Positions 10,244 to 20,087 are shown, counted from the first letter of the stretch. The stretch: 64,000 bases of DNA from an uncultured Candidatus Binatia bacterium (GCA_965200965.1 OZ241744.1:2976001-3040000); one strand, 5' to 3'. Numbers and translations are program-made. The notes: a model not told the origin generated them from the sequence alone.

Positions 10244-10669
10244 GAGATGGACGGCTTTGACGAGGCCACACAACGCCTGCCGAATGACCGGGACATGGCC
10301 CGCATCCTGAAGCGCTTCCACGGGACGATGCAGGCCGGAGCCACCGGCTGGTCTCGCGCAGCACGCTCCAGTGCGACTACGGCGGCACACCGATGATTTC
10401 GGACATCCTGCCCAAGGACTTCTGTCTGACCCTGGCCCGCAAGCCGGGCAAAAGCGGCGGGGACGGCTTTATCCGGATTACGCAGTCCACGGTCGAGGCC
10501 GGCATTTGGTATGAACAGCGACATCGACTTCAGCACCCGGATGGTATCGGAGAGCGGCTGCTCGGTGCTGTTCACCGCCATTGTGGCCAACGGCGAGCCG
10601 CTTTTTGAGGATGGGAGTTGCACCGGGGCAACCCTGGGCAAACTCCTGCGTAACGGCCAGGCCGGGTAG
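10244..10669 (+). pseudogene. Remnant of an N-acyl-D-amino-acid deacylase-like amidohydrolase
   Basis: Fragments in different frames: MARILKRFHGTMQAGATGWS, QCDYGGTPMISDIL...DGFIRITQ, and C-terminal IVANGEPLFEDGSCTGATLGKLLR*. Confidence 0.6.
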
Positions 10670-10735
10670 AGCCGGTCCGGCAGCCTGCCCCCCGGGCCCT
10701 GCCTGGCCCGGGGGTGCCTGTATTGGAGGAACGCT

Positions 10736-11704
10736 ATGGACATGACACACCGGCTGGACCCGGAACTGACCGGCCCGCTCAACACTTGGCTCAAAGTTAC
10801 CGGCGGCGGGATCAGGCTGCACGACATTCCAGCCGCACGGCGGATGATGGACGACCTGGTGGCAGCCCAAATGGCCAAGGTGGCACCGATTGAGGGGATC
10901 AGCGCTGAGGACCATCAGGTGCCCGGTCCCGAGGGTGGACCCGAGGTCTTTGTGCGGGTCTATCAGCCCGAGGACCGACCGGCCAGCCTGCCCGCCCTGG
11001 TATGGATTCATGGTGGCGGCTATGTCCTGGGCAGTGTTGAACGGGACGATGTGCTGGCCAGACACCTGTCTGGGGTCGGGCAGTGCCTGGTGGCCTCGGT
11101 CGAGTACCGGCTGGCCCCCGAGCATCCCTTTCCGGCCCCGGTTGAGGACTGCTACGCCGCGCTGAAGTGGCTGGCGGCCCACAGCGATGACTTTGGGGTC
11201 GATCGGTCGCGGATCGCCATTGGCGGAGCGAGTGCGGGCGGGGGGCTGGCCGCGGGTCTGGCCCTGCTGACCCGCGACCGGGCCGAGGTCGAGCTGTGCT
11301 TTCAACTGCTGATCTATCCCATGATCGACGACCGCAACGTTGCCGCGGCCAGCCACACACGGCCGGATACCCTGGTGTGGAGCCGGGAGAACAACCTGAT
11401 GGGCTGGCACGCCTATCTCGGTCGTGAGCCGGGCGGGCCGGAAGTCTCGCCGTATGCCGCCGCGGCCCGGGCGACCGATCTCCGCGGCTTGCCGCCGGCC
11501 TATATTCCGGTCGGCGACCTGGACCTGTTCCTGGATGAGAATATGAGCTACGCACAGCGGCTGCTGGCGGCCGGGGTGCCGACCGAACTGCATATCTATC
11601 CGGGCGGCTTTCACGGCTTCAACGGCTTTGTGCCCGGGGCGCAGATCTCGCAGCGCTTTAATACCGAGCGCGACAAGACCCTCAGACGTATGCTCCACCG
11701 CTGA
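10736..11704 (+). CDS. Alpha/beta hydrolase, HSL-family esterase
   Basis: WIHGGG, YRLAPEHPFPA, GASAG nucleophile motif, HGF. Confidence 0.93.
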   Translation: MDMTHRLDPELTGPLNTWLKVTGGGIRLHDIPAARRMMDDLVAAQMAKVAPIEGISAEDHQVPGPEGGPEVFVRVYQPEDRPASLPALVWIHGGGYVLGSVERDDVLARHLSGVGQCLVASVEYRLAPEHPFPAPVEDCYAALKWLAAHSDDFGVDRSRIAIGGASAGGGLAAGLALLTRDRAEVELCFQLLIYPMIDDRNVAAASHTRPDTLVWSRENNLMGWHAYLGREPGGPEVSPYAAAARATDLRGLPPAYIPVGDLDLFLDENMSYAQRLLAAGVPTELHIYPGGFHGFNGFVPGAQISQRFNTERDKTLRRMLHR

Positions 11705-11794
11705 CCGCCCCCGCCCGTCCGGCGTCGGCCCGGCCCTCGTATCCGCTCGCCCATAGTCGCCGGGTTCGGCGAATGGCGGGACGGCCCTTTCGGC

Positions 11795-12448
11795 TCAGTG
11801 GGGGGTCAGCGCCATCGCCATCATGACCGAACGCTCAATCTCGGCGATCACGCCGGCGACTTCGCGGCCGATCAGGTCCATCTTGCGCAGTTGCCGAACG
11901 CGGGGAGCGGCCCGCTCGATCTCCCGGGCGGAGAAGATGTCGGGCAGGAAGTTGCAGGCATCAACCAGACAGATGAGGGCGACATCCCTGGGGTCAGGGG
12001 TATCGTCAGACAGCAACACGTCTGCAATCCGCAGCCTGACCTCGCGTTCGACCCGCCCGTCAATCGTCGGATAGCGGCGTGAACGGAAGACCCACAGAAA
12101 CTTCTCGTCCTGCGCCTCCAGAATGCCGCGCTCAATCAGACTGGCCAGGGCCTGCCGCCGGATTTCGGTCGCCCCCTGCCCGGCTAACTCCTCTATCCAG
12201 CCTTTGGTGTCCTGTGTTTCGCCGGAATCCGCAATACGGTCCAGGACCCGGTCGAGCATGGGGTTGCCGGTCGGTGTCCGGTCGAGGCACACGAGGCGCT
12301 CTGGGTCGGTGTCAATGCGGTTGGCGAAGGCCAGATCAATCAGGACCGCGCCGGCAAGGACATGTTCCACCGAGCCACCGCGAACTGGCAGGAACATCCC
12401 GTCGTCGTCCAGCATCAACAGCAATATCTCTTCGGCGAAGGTCAGCAC
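11795..12448 (-). CDS. GOLPH3/VPS74 (GPP34) family protein
   Basis: LTFAEEILLLMLDD, LAGAVLIDLA, KFLWVF-SRRYP. Confidence 0.8.
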   Translation of the reverse strand: MLTFAEEILLLMLDDDGMFLPVRGGSVEHVLAGAVLIDLAFANRIDTDPERLVCLDRTPTGNPMLDRVLDRIADSGETQDTKGWIEELAGQGATEIRRQALASLIERGILEAQDEKFLWVFRSRRYPTIDGRVEREVRLRIADVLLSDDTPDPRDVALICLVDACNFLPDIFSAREIERAAPRVRQLRKMDLIGREVAGVIAEIERSVMMAMALTPH

Positions 12449-12457
12449 GATGCATCC

Positions 12458-12793
12458 TCACGACTCTGCCGCCAGAGCGGCTTCGCGCGTGTCGTAGTGC
12501 TTGAGCATCGTCAGGAAGCCGCTGATCTCCATGACCGATTTACACCCCGGCTGGAGCGCACAGATCGTCAGCTTGCCGCCGCCCTGCTGGCATTTTTTGG
12601 CCCCAACAAGCACGGCCCGCAGGCCGGCACTGCTGATGTAGTTCATCTTGCCGCAGTCAAGCAGAATGCGGGGATCGCCGCGGGCGATGATCTCCGAAAT
12701 ACGCTTCTCCACGTCCGGCGCGCTGAAGCCGTCAACACGTCCGTCAAGCGCGACAACGACCACCGAATCTTCAGTTGTCTCTTCGATTTCCAT
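12458..12793 (-). CDS. STAS-domain anti-sigma-factor antagonist
   Basis: LDGRVD, YISSAGLRAVL with the phosphorylatable Ser. Confidence 0.9.
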   Translation of the reverse strand: MEIEETTEDSVVVVALDGRVDGFSAPDVEKRISEIIARGDPRILLDCGKMNYISSAGLRAVLVGAKKCQQGGGKLTICALQPGCKSVMEISGFLTMLKHYDTREAALAAES

Positions 12794-12992
12794 TGGGCAA
12801 CCTTTCCCTTCAATCTCGATGTGGACACCCACGTTCAATCGTCAACAGCGGGGTTCGCCCGCCCCTCAGACAGGTGTCCATAGCACGACGGCTGAGAGAC
12901 GGCAACCCGTCGTGAGAGCGGCAATTCGTCACCTTGGCGAGGCCGGCAATTAGTGGCAGAATACGCGAACATTCCAGCAATCACACGAGGAG

Positions 12993-14219
12993 ATGAGTAT
13001 GCACAACGGGATTCTCTCAGGACTGCGGGTGATCGACTGTGGAACCTATGTCGCCGGACCGGCCTCGACCACAATCATGTCGGATTTCGGGGCCGAGGTG
13101 GTCAAAATTGAGCGGCCTCAAGGCGGGGACCTGTACCGCTTCATGGGCGAGCTGCCAGGGTTTGCCAGGGCCGAGCTCAACTGGCCCTGGATTCTGACCA
13201 GCCGCAACAAGAAGAGCGTCGCCCTTGACCTTGATTTGGACCAGGGCCGGGAAGCCCTCATCCGTCTGGTCAAAACCGCGGACGTGTTTGTCACCAACTA
13301 CCAACACCCGCTGCTCGCCAGGTTCCGGCTGAACTGGGACGATCTGCGGCCCGAGAACGAACGCCTCATCTACGCCCATCTGACCGGCTATGGCGATACG
13401 GGTGAGGACGCCGACGCGCCGACCTTTGACGCGCTGGCATATTGGGCGCGCTCGGGCTTGATGATGAGCGTAGTCGGCATGGATGGCACGCCCGGCGGTC
13501 CACGGCCGGGCATGGGCGATCACCCGACCTCGGTGTCGCTGTTCGGGGCCATCATGCTCGGTCTGTACCACCGCGAGCGGACCGGACAGGGGCTCAAGGT
13601 CGGGACCTCGCTGCTGGCCAGCGGTGCCTGGGCCAATGCCTGCGACCTCCAGGCCAGCTTCTGCAAGGCCAGTTTTCCGGAACGCCGCAGCGACGGTACG
13701 CCCCCCAACCCGCTGGCGGCCGGCTATCGGAGCCGCGACGGCAAAGCCTTTCTGGTGGTGCTGCTCGACCCGGACAAGGAGTTCCCCAATCTGTGCGCAG
13801 CACTCGGTCAGGCCGAGCTGGCTACCAACCCGCTGTTCACCACCAATGAGGCCAGAGCGGAAAACGCCGCGGCCCTGTTCGCCATTCTGCAATCGCAGTT
13901 TGAGTCGCGCGATCTGGCCGAATGGCGCGGGCTGTTCAAGCGGTCTGATATCAAATGGGCCCCCCTGCCCCGGCGCGACGAGGTGCTTGAAGACCCCCAG
14001 ATGCGGGCCGCCGGGGCGTTTATTGACCTGGAGTACCCCGGCCACGGGCAATTGACGACCATCAACAGCCCTATTTTTACCAGCGCCGGCGACAAGCGAC
14101 CGCCGACCGCGGCCCCGCAGCTCGGCGCACATACCCGCGCCGTGTTGCAAGACCTGGGCTATAGCGAGGAGGCAATTGCCGGCCTCATCGAGAATGGCAC
14201 CGCGGCCACGGGCGATTGA
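12993..14219 (+). CDS. Class III CoA-transferase (CaiB/BaiF)
   Basis: LRVID, DFGAEVVKIE, RNKKS, GMGDH catalytic Asp. Confidence 0.9.
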   Translation: MSMHNGILSGLRVIDCGTYVAGPASTTIMSDFGAEVVKIERPQGGDLYRFMGELPGFARAELNWPWILTSRNKKSVALDLDLDQGREALIRLVKTADVFVTNYQHPLLARFRLNWDDLRPENERLIYAHLTGYGDTGEDADAPTFDALAYWARSGLMMSVVGMDGTPGGPRPGMGDHPTSVSLFGAIMLGLYHRERTGQGLKVGTSLLASGAWANACDLQASFCKASFPERRSDGTPPNPLAAGYRSRDGKAFLVVLLDPDKEFPNLCAALGQAELATNPLFTTNEARAENAAALFAILQSQFESRDLAEWRGLFKRSDIKWAPLPRRDEVLEDPQMRAAGAFIDLEYPGHGQLTTINSPIFTSAGDKRPPTAAPQLGAHTRAVLQDLGYSEEAIAGLIENGTAATGD

Positions 14220-17200
14220 TGAACCTGAGCGGCGCAGTCGAGACCTACCTGAGCGAGTTGGGCCGGGTGCGGGCCTCGGGCGGGGCCACCGGCGAGCGGT
14301 CCTTTTATGGGCCGCTCGCCAATCTGCTGAACGCCATTGGGAGTGCGCTCAGGCCCAAGGTCGTCTGCGTTGGCGAGCTGGCCGACCAGGGGGCCGGCCA
14401 TCCCGACTTTGGCCTGTACGCGGCCAGGCAACTCCAGAAGAACCAGCCCAAGCAGGGGCAAATTCCAGAACGGGGTGTAGTTGAGGTCAAGGCCGCGGCT
14501 GACGACGCCTGGCTGACCGCGGCGAGCCAACAGGTCAGCCGCTATTGGAGCCGCTACCGGCTGGTGCTCGTCACCAATACGCACGATTTTGTGCTGCTTG
14601 GCGAGAACGCCGCCGGCGGGCCGGCCACGCTCGAAACCTTCCGCCTGGCTGACAACGCCGCGACATTCACCCGTCTGCTTGAAACGCCCCGGGCCTCCGC
14701 CGGCAAGCTCGGCCCCGGCCTCGGCGAATACCTGGCCCGTGCGCTCTCACACCGGGTGCGCCTGGCCGACCCCAAAGACCTGGCGTGGCTGCTGGCCTCC
14801 TACGCCCGTGACGCCCTGGCCCGGGTTGAGGCGGCCGGCGACGCCCCGCAACTCGCCACCATCCGCGCCGCGCTGGAAGAAGCCCTGGGCGTCCATTTTG
14901 AGGGCGAGCGCGGGGGCCGCTTCTTTCGCTCCACCCTGGTTCAGACCCTCTTCTACGGGGTGTTCTCGGCCTGGGTGTTATGGGCGCGGCAGCGGCCAGC
15001 ACCCGCCTTTGACTGGCGGCTTGCCGTGTGGCATCTGCGCGCACCCGTTTTGCGGGCACTGTTTCAACAACTGTCTGACCCCGGTCGTCTGCGTACGCTG
15101 GGCCTGGTCGAAGTCCTGGACTGGACCGCCGCGGCCCTCGACCGGGTAGACCGGGCGGCCTTCTTTACCCGCTTCAGCGAAGGCGACGCCGTGCCCTACT
15201 TCTATGAACCCTTTCTCCAGGCCTTTGACCCCGCACTCCGCAAGCAACTCGGTGTCTGGTACACGCCGGCCGAGGTGGTACGCTACATGGTTGCCCGCGT
15301 AGATGGTGCCCTCAAACACGACCTCGGCATTGCCGACGGCCTGGCCAGCGACAAGGTGTATGTCCTTGACCCGTGCTGCGGCACTGGGGCCTATCTGGCC
15401 GAGACGCTGCGCCGGATTGCCGCCAATCTCGCCGGCAAGGGCCTCGGCGCGCTGACCGGGGCGGCGATCAAGCGGGCAGCGACCGAGCGGGTGTTCGGCT
15501 TTGAGATTATGCCCGCCCCGTTTGTGGTGGCCCACTTGCAGGTCGGCCTGACCATGCAGGAGCTTGACGCCCCGCTCGCGGACGATAGCGCGGAACGCCC
15601 CGGGGTCTTCCTGACCAACGCCCTGACCGGCTGGGAGCCGCGGACAACCAAACCCCTGCCGTTTCCGGAACTCGAAGACGAGCGCGACCGGGCCGAGCAG
15701 GTCAAGCGCGACACGCCCATCCTGGTCATTCTGGGCAACCCGCCCTATAACGGCTTTGCCGGCATGGCCATAGACGAAGAACGCGAATTGTCCGACGCCT
15801 ACCGCACGACCACGCGCGTCCGCCGACCCGAAGGCCAGGGCTTGAATGACCTGTATGTGCGCTTCTTTCGCATGGCCGAGCGGCGGATTGCCAAGACCGG
15901 CCAGGGTGTGGTGTGCTTCATCTCCAACTATTCGTGGCTGGACGGCCTGTCGTTTACCGGGATGCGGGAGCGCTATCTCGAATCCTTTGACGCCATTCGG
16001 CTCGACTGCCTGAACGGCGACAAGTACAAGACCGGCAAAGTTGCGCCGGACGGGACGCCCGACCCCAGCATTTTTTCCACGCCCAGCGATACCGTCGGCA
16101 TCCAGGTCGGCACCGCCATTGCGACCCTGGTCCGCAAAGCCGACCACGCCCCGGCCCAGACCGCCGGCTTCCGCCACCTGTGGGGGCAGGCCAAGCGGGA
16201 CGCGCTGCTGGAGAGCGCAGAGACACACCCGGCCAGGCTGTACGATCCCCTCACCCCGGCCCTGCCGCTCGGCCTGCCGTTTACGCCGGCCGCGGTCAGC
16301 CCTGAGTGGTCGGCCTGGCCGGCCCTGCCCGAACTGCTCCCGGTGTCGTTTCCGGGGGTTAAGACCAGCCGGGATGGGTTTCTTGTCGATATTGATCTCG
16401 ACCGGCTGAAGGCACGGCTCTGCGACTACTTCAATCGGGCCCTGGGCCATGAAGAAATTGACCGGCGCTATCCCGTGGCGATGAAGACGACAGGCCGGTT
16501 TGACGCGCGGGCGGTGCGTGATGCCTTGCTCGCACGCGGAGGCCCCAATGAAGCGGGCTTTATCCGCTACGCCTACCGGCCTTTTGACAACCGTTGGCTC
16601 TATTGGGAGGGGGATACCAAGCTGCTTGACGAGAAGCGCACTGACTACAAGCACCACATCTTTGACGGCAATCTGAAGCTACTTGACCGCAACCGCGCCG
16701 ACTACAAGCCACATGTATTTGGTGGAAACCTGGGGCTGGTTACGCAGCAAAAGCCACGCCGAGAGTGGTCGCCTCCGCAAGTGATTTCACATATCGGTTG
16801 TTTGGATCTAATGGACCGGGGTGCCACTACGTTTCCGCTTCGGCTCCGCAACGACGGCGGCCTCGAAAGTGCCGGAAACAGCCCGCAACACCGGCCTAAC
16901 CTGTCAGCCGCCGCCCGTCGCTATCTCGACCGCCTCGGCGCAAGCGTGGAAGACCTGTTTCACCACATCCTGGCCGTGCTGCACGACCCCGCCTACCGGG
17001 AAGCCAACGCCGGTGCTCTGCGCATGGAATGGCCGCGCATCCCGCTGCCCGGCTGGCCCGACGGCGGGAACGATGCCGCGGCGGAAGCGCTGGCCCGGTC
17101 CGCGGCCCGGGGCCGGGAACTGGCCGGCCTGCTCGATCCCGACACGCGCGTGTCAGGCGTCACCCAAGGCGATTTACGCCCGGAACTTGCCGTGATTGCC

Positions 17201-17581
17201 GTGCCGGCCACCGCGGATGGGCGTAACATGACCGGCGATGACTTCGCGCTGACCGCCGGCTGGGGTCACTTCGGGACGGGCGACGCCGTAATGCCGGGCC
17301 AGGGCCGGGCGGTAGAACGGGAGTACACCACGCCTGAAATAACAGTACTCGGCGCAAGCACCTTCGACATCCACCTGAACGCCCGCGCCTTTTGGCGCAA
17401 CGTGCCGGCCGCGGTCTGGCGCTATAAGCTCGGCGGCTACCCGGTCCTCAAGAAATGGCTCTCCTACCGCGAGCGGAAAGTGCTGGGCCGGCCGCTGTTG
17501 CCCGAGGAAGTGCAGCGCTTCACCGACACCGCCCGACGCATTGGGGCGATACTGCTGATATCTGCTTTGACTGAACTGTAA
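14216..17581 (+). CDS. Single-chain RM enzyme: nuclease + N6-adenine MTase + Type ISP-like C-terminal specificity domain, no helicase
   Basis: PDFGL...VEVKA (PD-D/ExK), YFYEPFL, GVWYTP, LDPCCGTG, LGNPPY, YRPFD, VWRYKLGGYPVLKKWLSYR. Confidence 0.88.
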   Translation: MMNLSGAVETYLSELGRVRASGGATGERSFYGPLANLLNAIGSALRPKVVCVGELADQGAGHPDFGLYAARQLQKNQPKQGQIPERGVVEVKAAADDAWLTAASQQVSRYWSRYRLVLVTNTHDFVLLGENAAGGPATLETFRLADNAATFTRLLETPRASAGKLGPGLGEYLARALSHRVRLADPKDLAWLLASYARDALARVEAAGDAPQLATIRAALEEALGVHFEGERGGRFFRSTLVQTLFYGVFSAWVLWARQRPAPAFDWRLAVWHLRAPVLRALFQQLSDPGRLRTLGLVEVLDWTAAALDRVDRAAFFTRFSEGDAVPYFYEPFLQAFDPALRKQLGVWYTPAEVVRYMVARVDGALKHDLGIADGLASDKVYVLDPCCGTGAYLAETLRRIAANLAGKGLGALTGAAIKRAATERVFGFEIMPAPFVVAHLQVGLTMQELDAPLADDSAERPGVFLTNALTGWEPRTTKPLPFPELEDERDRAEQVKRDTPILVILGNPPYNGFAGMAIDEERELSDAYRTTTRVRRPEGQGLNDLYVRFFRMAERRIAKTGQGVVCFISNYSWLDGLSFTGMRERYLESFDAIRLDCLNGDKYKTGKVAPDGTPDPSIFSTPSDTVGIQVGTAIATLVRKADHAPAQTAGFRHLWGQAKRDALLESAETHPARLYDPLTPALPLGLPFTPAAVSPEWSAWPALPELLPVSFPGVKTSRDGFLVDIDLDRLKARLCDYFNRALGHEEIDRRYPVAMKTTGRFDARAVRDALLARGGPNEAGFIRYAYRPFDNRWLYWEGDTKLLDEKRTDYKHHIFDGNLKLLDRNRADYKPHVFGGNLGLVTQQKPRREWSPPQVISHIGCLDLMDRGATTFPLRLRNDGGLESAGNSPQHRPNLSAAARRYLDRLGASVEDLFHHILAVLHDPAYREANAGALRMEWPRIPLPGWPDGGNDAAAEALARSAARGRELAGLLDPDTRVSGVTQGDLRPELAVIAVPATADGRNMTGDDFALTAGWGHFGTGDAVMPGQGRAVEREYTTPEITVLGASTFDIHLNARAFWRNVPAAVWRYKLGGYPVLKKWLSYRERKVLGRPLLPEEVQRFTDTARRIGAILLISALTEL
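16619..16732 (+). repeat. 57-bp (19-aa) divergent tandem duplication inside the RM gene
   Basis: KLLDEKRTDYKHHIFDGNL followed directly by KLLDRNRADYKPHVFGGNL. Confidence 0.85.
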
Positions 17582-17632
17582 GTCATGGTAGAACACAGTT
17601 GACAATGTATCGTTTCGATATCTGGATGCATC

Positions 17633-18082
17633 ATGAAAAACGCTGAACGCGCCGGGGCAGTTTCTCTCGTACTCGTAAGCGTAGGGGTGTCCGCTCTTTT
17701 TGCGTACATAGCGGCCACGCGTGTCTCGACCAACCTGGAGAGCGTCCTTTTTCAGGTTTTTACCTTATGTACGGGACTGACTGGTTCGTTCATTTTCGGC
17801 CGCCAATCGGCCAGCGATGCAGCCAAGGCAATCATCAGACCGCACGCGCGATCCGCGTTCCGCCGTCTCCTCTCCCTCTATTCCAGTCTCCGTCGGGTAG
17901 CGCTGGCCATAGAAGGTTGCAAGTCTCCTGCCGAATACCCAACAACGCTTGCTACGCTCAAAGCAATTGTTGTTGAACAATTGGCTACAGCGGATGACGC
18001 GCTGGAAGATTGGGTGGATATCGTTCCAGAAGAGGTGCAAGAATTGCGAGAAAAATTATTGACAGCGAGGGATGGACAATGA
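17633..18082 (+). CDS. Hypothetical protein with two N-terminal TM helices
   Basis: Two hydrophobic segments then a helical region; lower GC; ATGA-coupled to the next gene. Confidence 0.65.
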   Translation: MKNAERAGAVSLVLVSVGVSALFAYIAATRVSTNLESVLFQVFTLCTGLTGSFIFGRQSASDAAKAIIRPHARSAFRRLLSLYSSLRRVALAIEGCKSPAEYPTTLATLKAIVVEQLATADDALEDWVDIVPEEVQELREKLLTARDGQ

Positions 18083-18570
18083 CCAAAGCGATCCACGGGA
18101 AAGTTGCCCGAGTTCTTAACTCGCGTGAAGTTGCGCTCAATATCGGCTCCGCAGACGGGGTGGCCGTCGGCCTGTACTTCGACATCATGGATGCGAAAGG
18201 GGAAGATATCACAGACCCTGATACGGGTGAAACATTAGGGTCCATCCAACGTACAAAAGTCAGGGTTCAAGTTATTCATGTTCAAGAGAAGTTGTCTCTC
18301 GCGGCTACATACAGGCAGAGAAGAGGCGGCAGCAGGAGACTGTTTAACCCGGGTCTCGCGGAGTTTCTCATGCCACAAAAATGGGTGAATGAATATGAAA
18401 CCTTGAAATCGCAAGAGAAAACGTGGGAGCCGATGAGTGAGCAAGAGAGCTATGTAGAAATCGGAGACCCCGTTGTTCAAGTCCTTGACAATAGGGAGGG
18501 AGTAGCAAGGGAAACTGAGTTGCCTCAGAACCTCGCAACCGCCTCTACTGAGTCCCGGAGGTCGGATTAG
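18079..18570 (+). CDS. Hypothetical protein with FlgT C-terminal-like beta domain
   Basis: GKVARV...VALNIGSADGV-VG...ITDPDTGETLG pattern; stop TAG lies inside a REP. Confidence 0.6.
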   Translation: MTKAIHGKVARVLNSREVALNIGSADGVAVGLYFDIMDAKGEDITDPDTGETLGSIQRTKVRVQVIHVQEKLSLAATYRQRRGGSRRLFNPGLAEFLMPQKWVNEYETLKSQEKTWEPMSEQESYVEIGDPVVQVLDNREGVARETELPQNLATASTESRRSD

Positions 18571-18585
18571 CGCAGCGTAACCCGA
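18557..18585 (+). repeat. REP, left-type copy
   Basis: GGAGGTCGGATTAGCGCAGCGTAACCCGA, matching 26065-26093. Confidence 0.8.
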
Positions 18586-18608
18586 TCGACGGGCTATCGT
18601 CACCAGAC

Positions 18609-18887
18609 ATGGACAACCCGCCACACCCCGGGGGAATCGTGAGACGGCAGTGTCTTGACGCACTCGGCCTTTCTGTGACGCGGGCGGCCCAAGGCTTGGG
18701 GGTCACACATAAAGCGCTGTCCGATCTGGTCAACGAAAAATCCAGTATCTCGGTTGAAATGGCCTTACGCCTCTCCAAGGCGTTCGGCTCAAGCCCCGAG
18801 ACCTGGATCGGCATGCAGATGGCCTATGATCTCTGGCAGGCACGAGAGCAAGCCGCCCACCTCACGGTTGAGAAGTTCACGGCCTAG
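18609..18887 (+). CDS. higA: HigA-family antitoxin (HTH), no adjacent toxin
   Basis: NPPHPG, LSVTRAAQGLGV, ISVEMALRLSKAFGSSPETW, MQMAYDLWQA. Confidence 0.9.
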   Translation: MDNPPHPGGIVRRQCLDALGLSVTRAAQGLGVTHKALSDLVNEKSSISVEMALRLSKAFGSSPETWIGMQMAYDLWQAREQAAHLTVEKFTA

Positions 18888-18895
18888 CCGTGCCT

Positions 18896-18927
18896 GTCGG
18901 ATTACGCCCGCGGTGAATCCGACCTAC
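18896..18927 (-). repeat. REP, right-type (inverted) copy
   Basis: GTCGGATTAC...GAATCCGACCTAC, which reads GTAGGTCGG on the minus strand. Confidence 0.8.
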
Positions 18928-19043
18928 AGCCGGTTCTCTTGTTGCGATGAAATGGATGCCGAATACCCCGAAAGAGGCCAGTCTCCCGGTCCACGGCCTC
19001 GCCGCGCTTGACGGGCCGGACAGCGTACAGTAGGACAGAGCGC

Positions 19044-19394
19044 ATGGCCGGCTTGGCATTTGACACCCATAAAGCCGTCAAGGCCCTCCGGGAAGCCGGG
19101 GCGGACGAACCCTTGGCCGAAGCCGTTGTGGTGACGATTGGCGATGCGCTCGGTGAGCATGTCGCCACCAAGGCTGATGTGGCCGAAGTCAAGACCGGCT
19201 TGGCCGAAGTCAAGGCTGAGCTCAAGGCCGATGTGGCCGAAGTCAAGGCTGAGCTCAAGGCCGATGTGGCCGAAGTCAAGGTCAACCTGGCGGAAATGGA
19301 AACCCGCCTCTACCGCCACCTGTGGATGATGGCCGCCGGCATTGTGGGGCTGACGGTCAGCCTCACTGTTGCCCTGGTGAAGCTGACCTCGTGA
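19044..19394 (+). CDS. DUF1640/CCDC90-like membrane-anchored coiled-coil protein, copy 1 (116 aa)
   Basis: FDTHKAVKALREAG head, VATKAD neck, repeat stalk, C-terminal TM helix. Confidence 0.85.
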   Translation: MAGLAFDTHKAVKALREAGADEPLAEAVVVTIGDALGEHVATKADVAEVKTGLAEVKAELKADVAEVKAELKADVAEVKVNLAEMETRLYRHLWMMAAGIVGLTVSLTVALVKLTS

Positions 19395-19408
19395 CCAGGC
19401 CGACAGCC

Positions 19409-19430
19409 CGGATTAGCACAGCGTAATCCG
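19409..19430 (+). repeat. REP-derived palindrome in the array spacer
   Basis: CGGATTAGCACAGCGTAATCCG. Confidence 0.75.
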
Positions 19431-19505
19431 ACGGGCGCGTTGCTGCTTGGCCGTGCCGGCCGCTTCCTCTTGACGGGCCGGACGGTGTGCAGTAAAAGGG
19501 AGCGC

Positions 19506-19976
19506 ATGGCCGGCTTGGCATTCGACACCCATAAAGCCGTCAAAGCCCTCCGGGAAGCCGGGGCGGACGAACCCTTGGCCGAAGCCGTTGTGGTGACGAT
19601 TGGCAATGCGCTCGGCGAGCATGTTGCCACCAAGGCTGATGTGGCCGAAGCCAAGACCGCACTCAAGGCTGACGTGGCCGAAGTCAAGGCTGAGCTCAAG
19701 GCTGACATGGCCGAAGTCAAGACCGAGTTGGCCGAAGTCAAGGCTGAGCTCAAGGCTGACATGGCCGAAGTCAAGACCGAGTTGGCCGAAGTCAAGGCTG
19801 AGCTCAAGGCTGACATGGCCGAAGTCAAGGCTGAGCTCAAGGCCGACATGGCCGAAGTCAAGGTCAACCTGGCGGAAATGGAAACCCGCCTCTACCGCCA
19901 CCTGTGGATGATGGCCGCCGGCATTGTGGGGCTGACGGTCAGCCTCACTGTTGCCCTGGTGAAGCTGACCTCGTGA
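19506..19976 (+). CDS. DUF1640/CCDC90-like coiled-coil protein, copy 2 (156 aa)
   Basis: Near-identical to copy 1 with an expanded 33/21-bp repeat stalk. Confidence 0.85.
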   Translation: MAGLAFDTHKAVKALREAGADEPLAEAVVVTIGNALGEHVATKADVAEAKTALKADVAEVKAELKADMAEVKTELAEVKAELKADMAEVKTELAEVKAELKADMAEVKAELKADMAEVKVNLAEMETRLYRHLWMMAAGIVGLTVSLTVALVKLTS

Positions 19977-19990
19977 CCAGGCCGACAGCC

Positions 19991-20012
19991 CGGATTAGCA
20001 CAGCGTAATCCG
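19991..20012 (+). repeat. REP-derived palindrome in the array spacer
   Basis: Identical to 19409-19430. Confidence 0.75.
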
Positions 20013-20087
20013 ACGGGCGCGTTGCTGCTTGGCCGTGCCGGCCGCTTCCTCTTGACGGGCCGGACGGTGTGCAGTAAAAGGGAGCGC

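Noticed and set aside
10689-10714. GC hairpin CCCCCGGGCC-N6-GGCCCGGGGG as an intrinsic terminator
   Set aside because: No U-tract on either strand, so its function cannot be supported.
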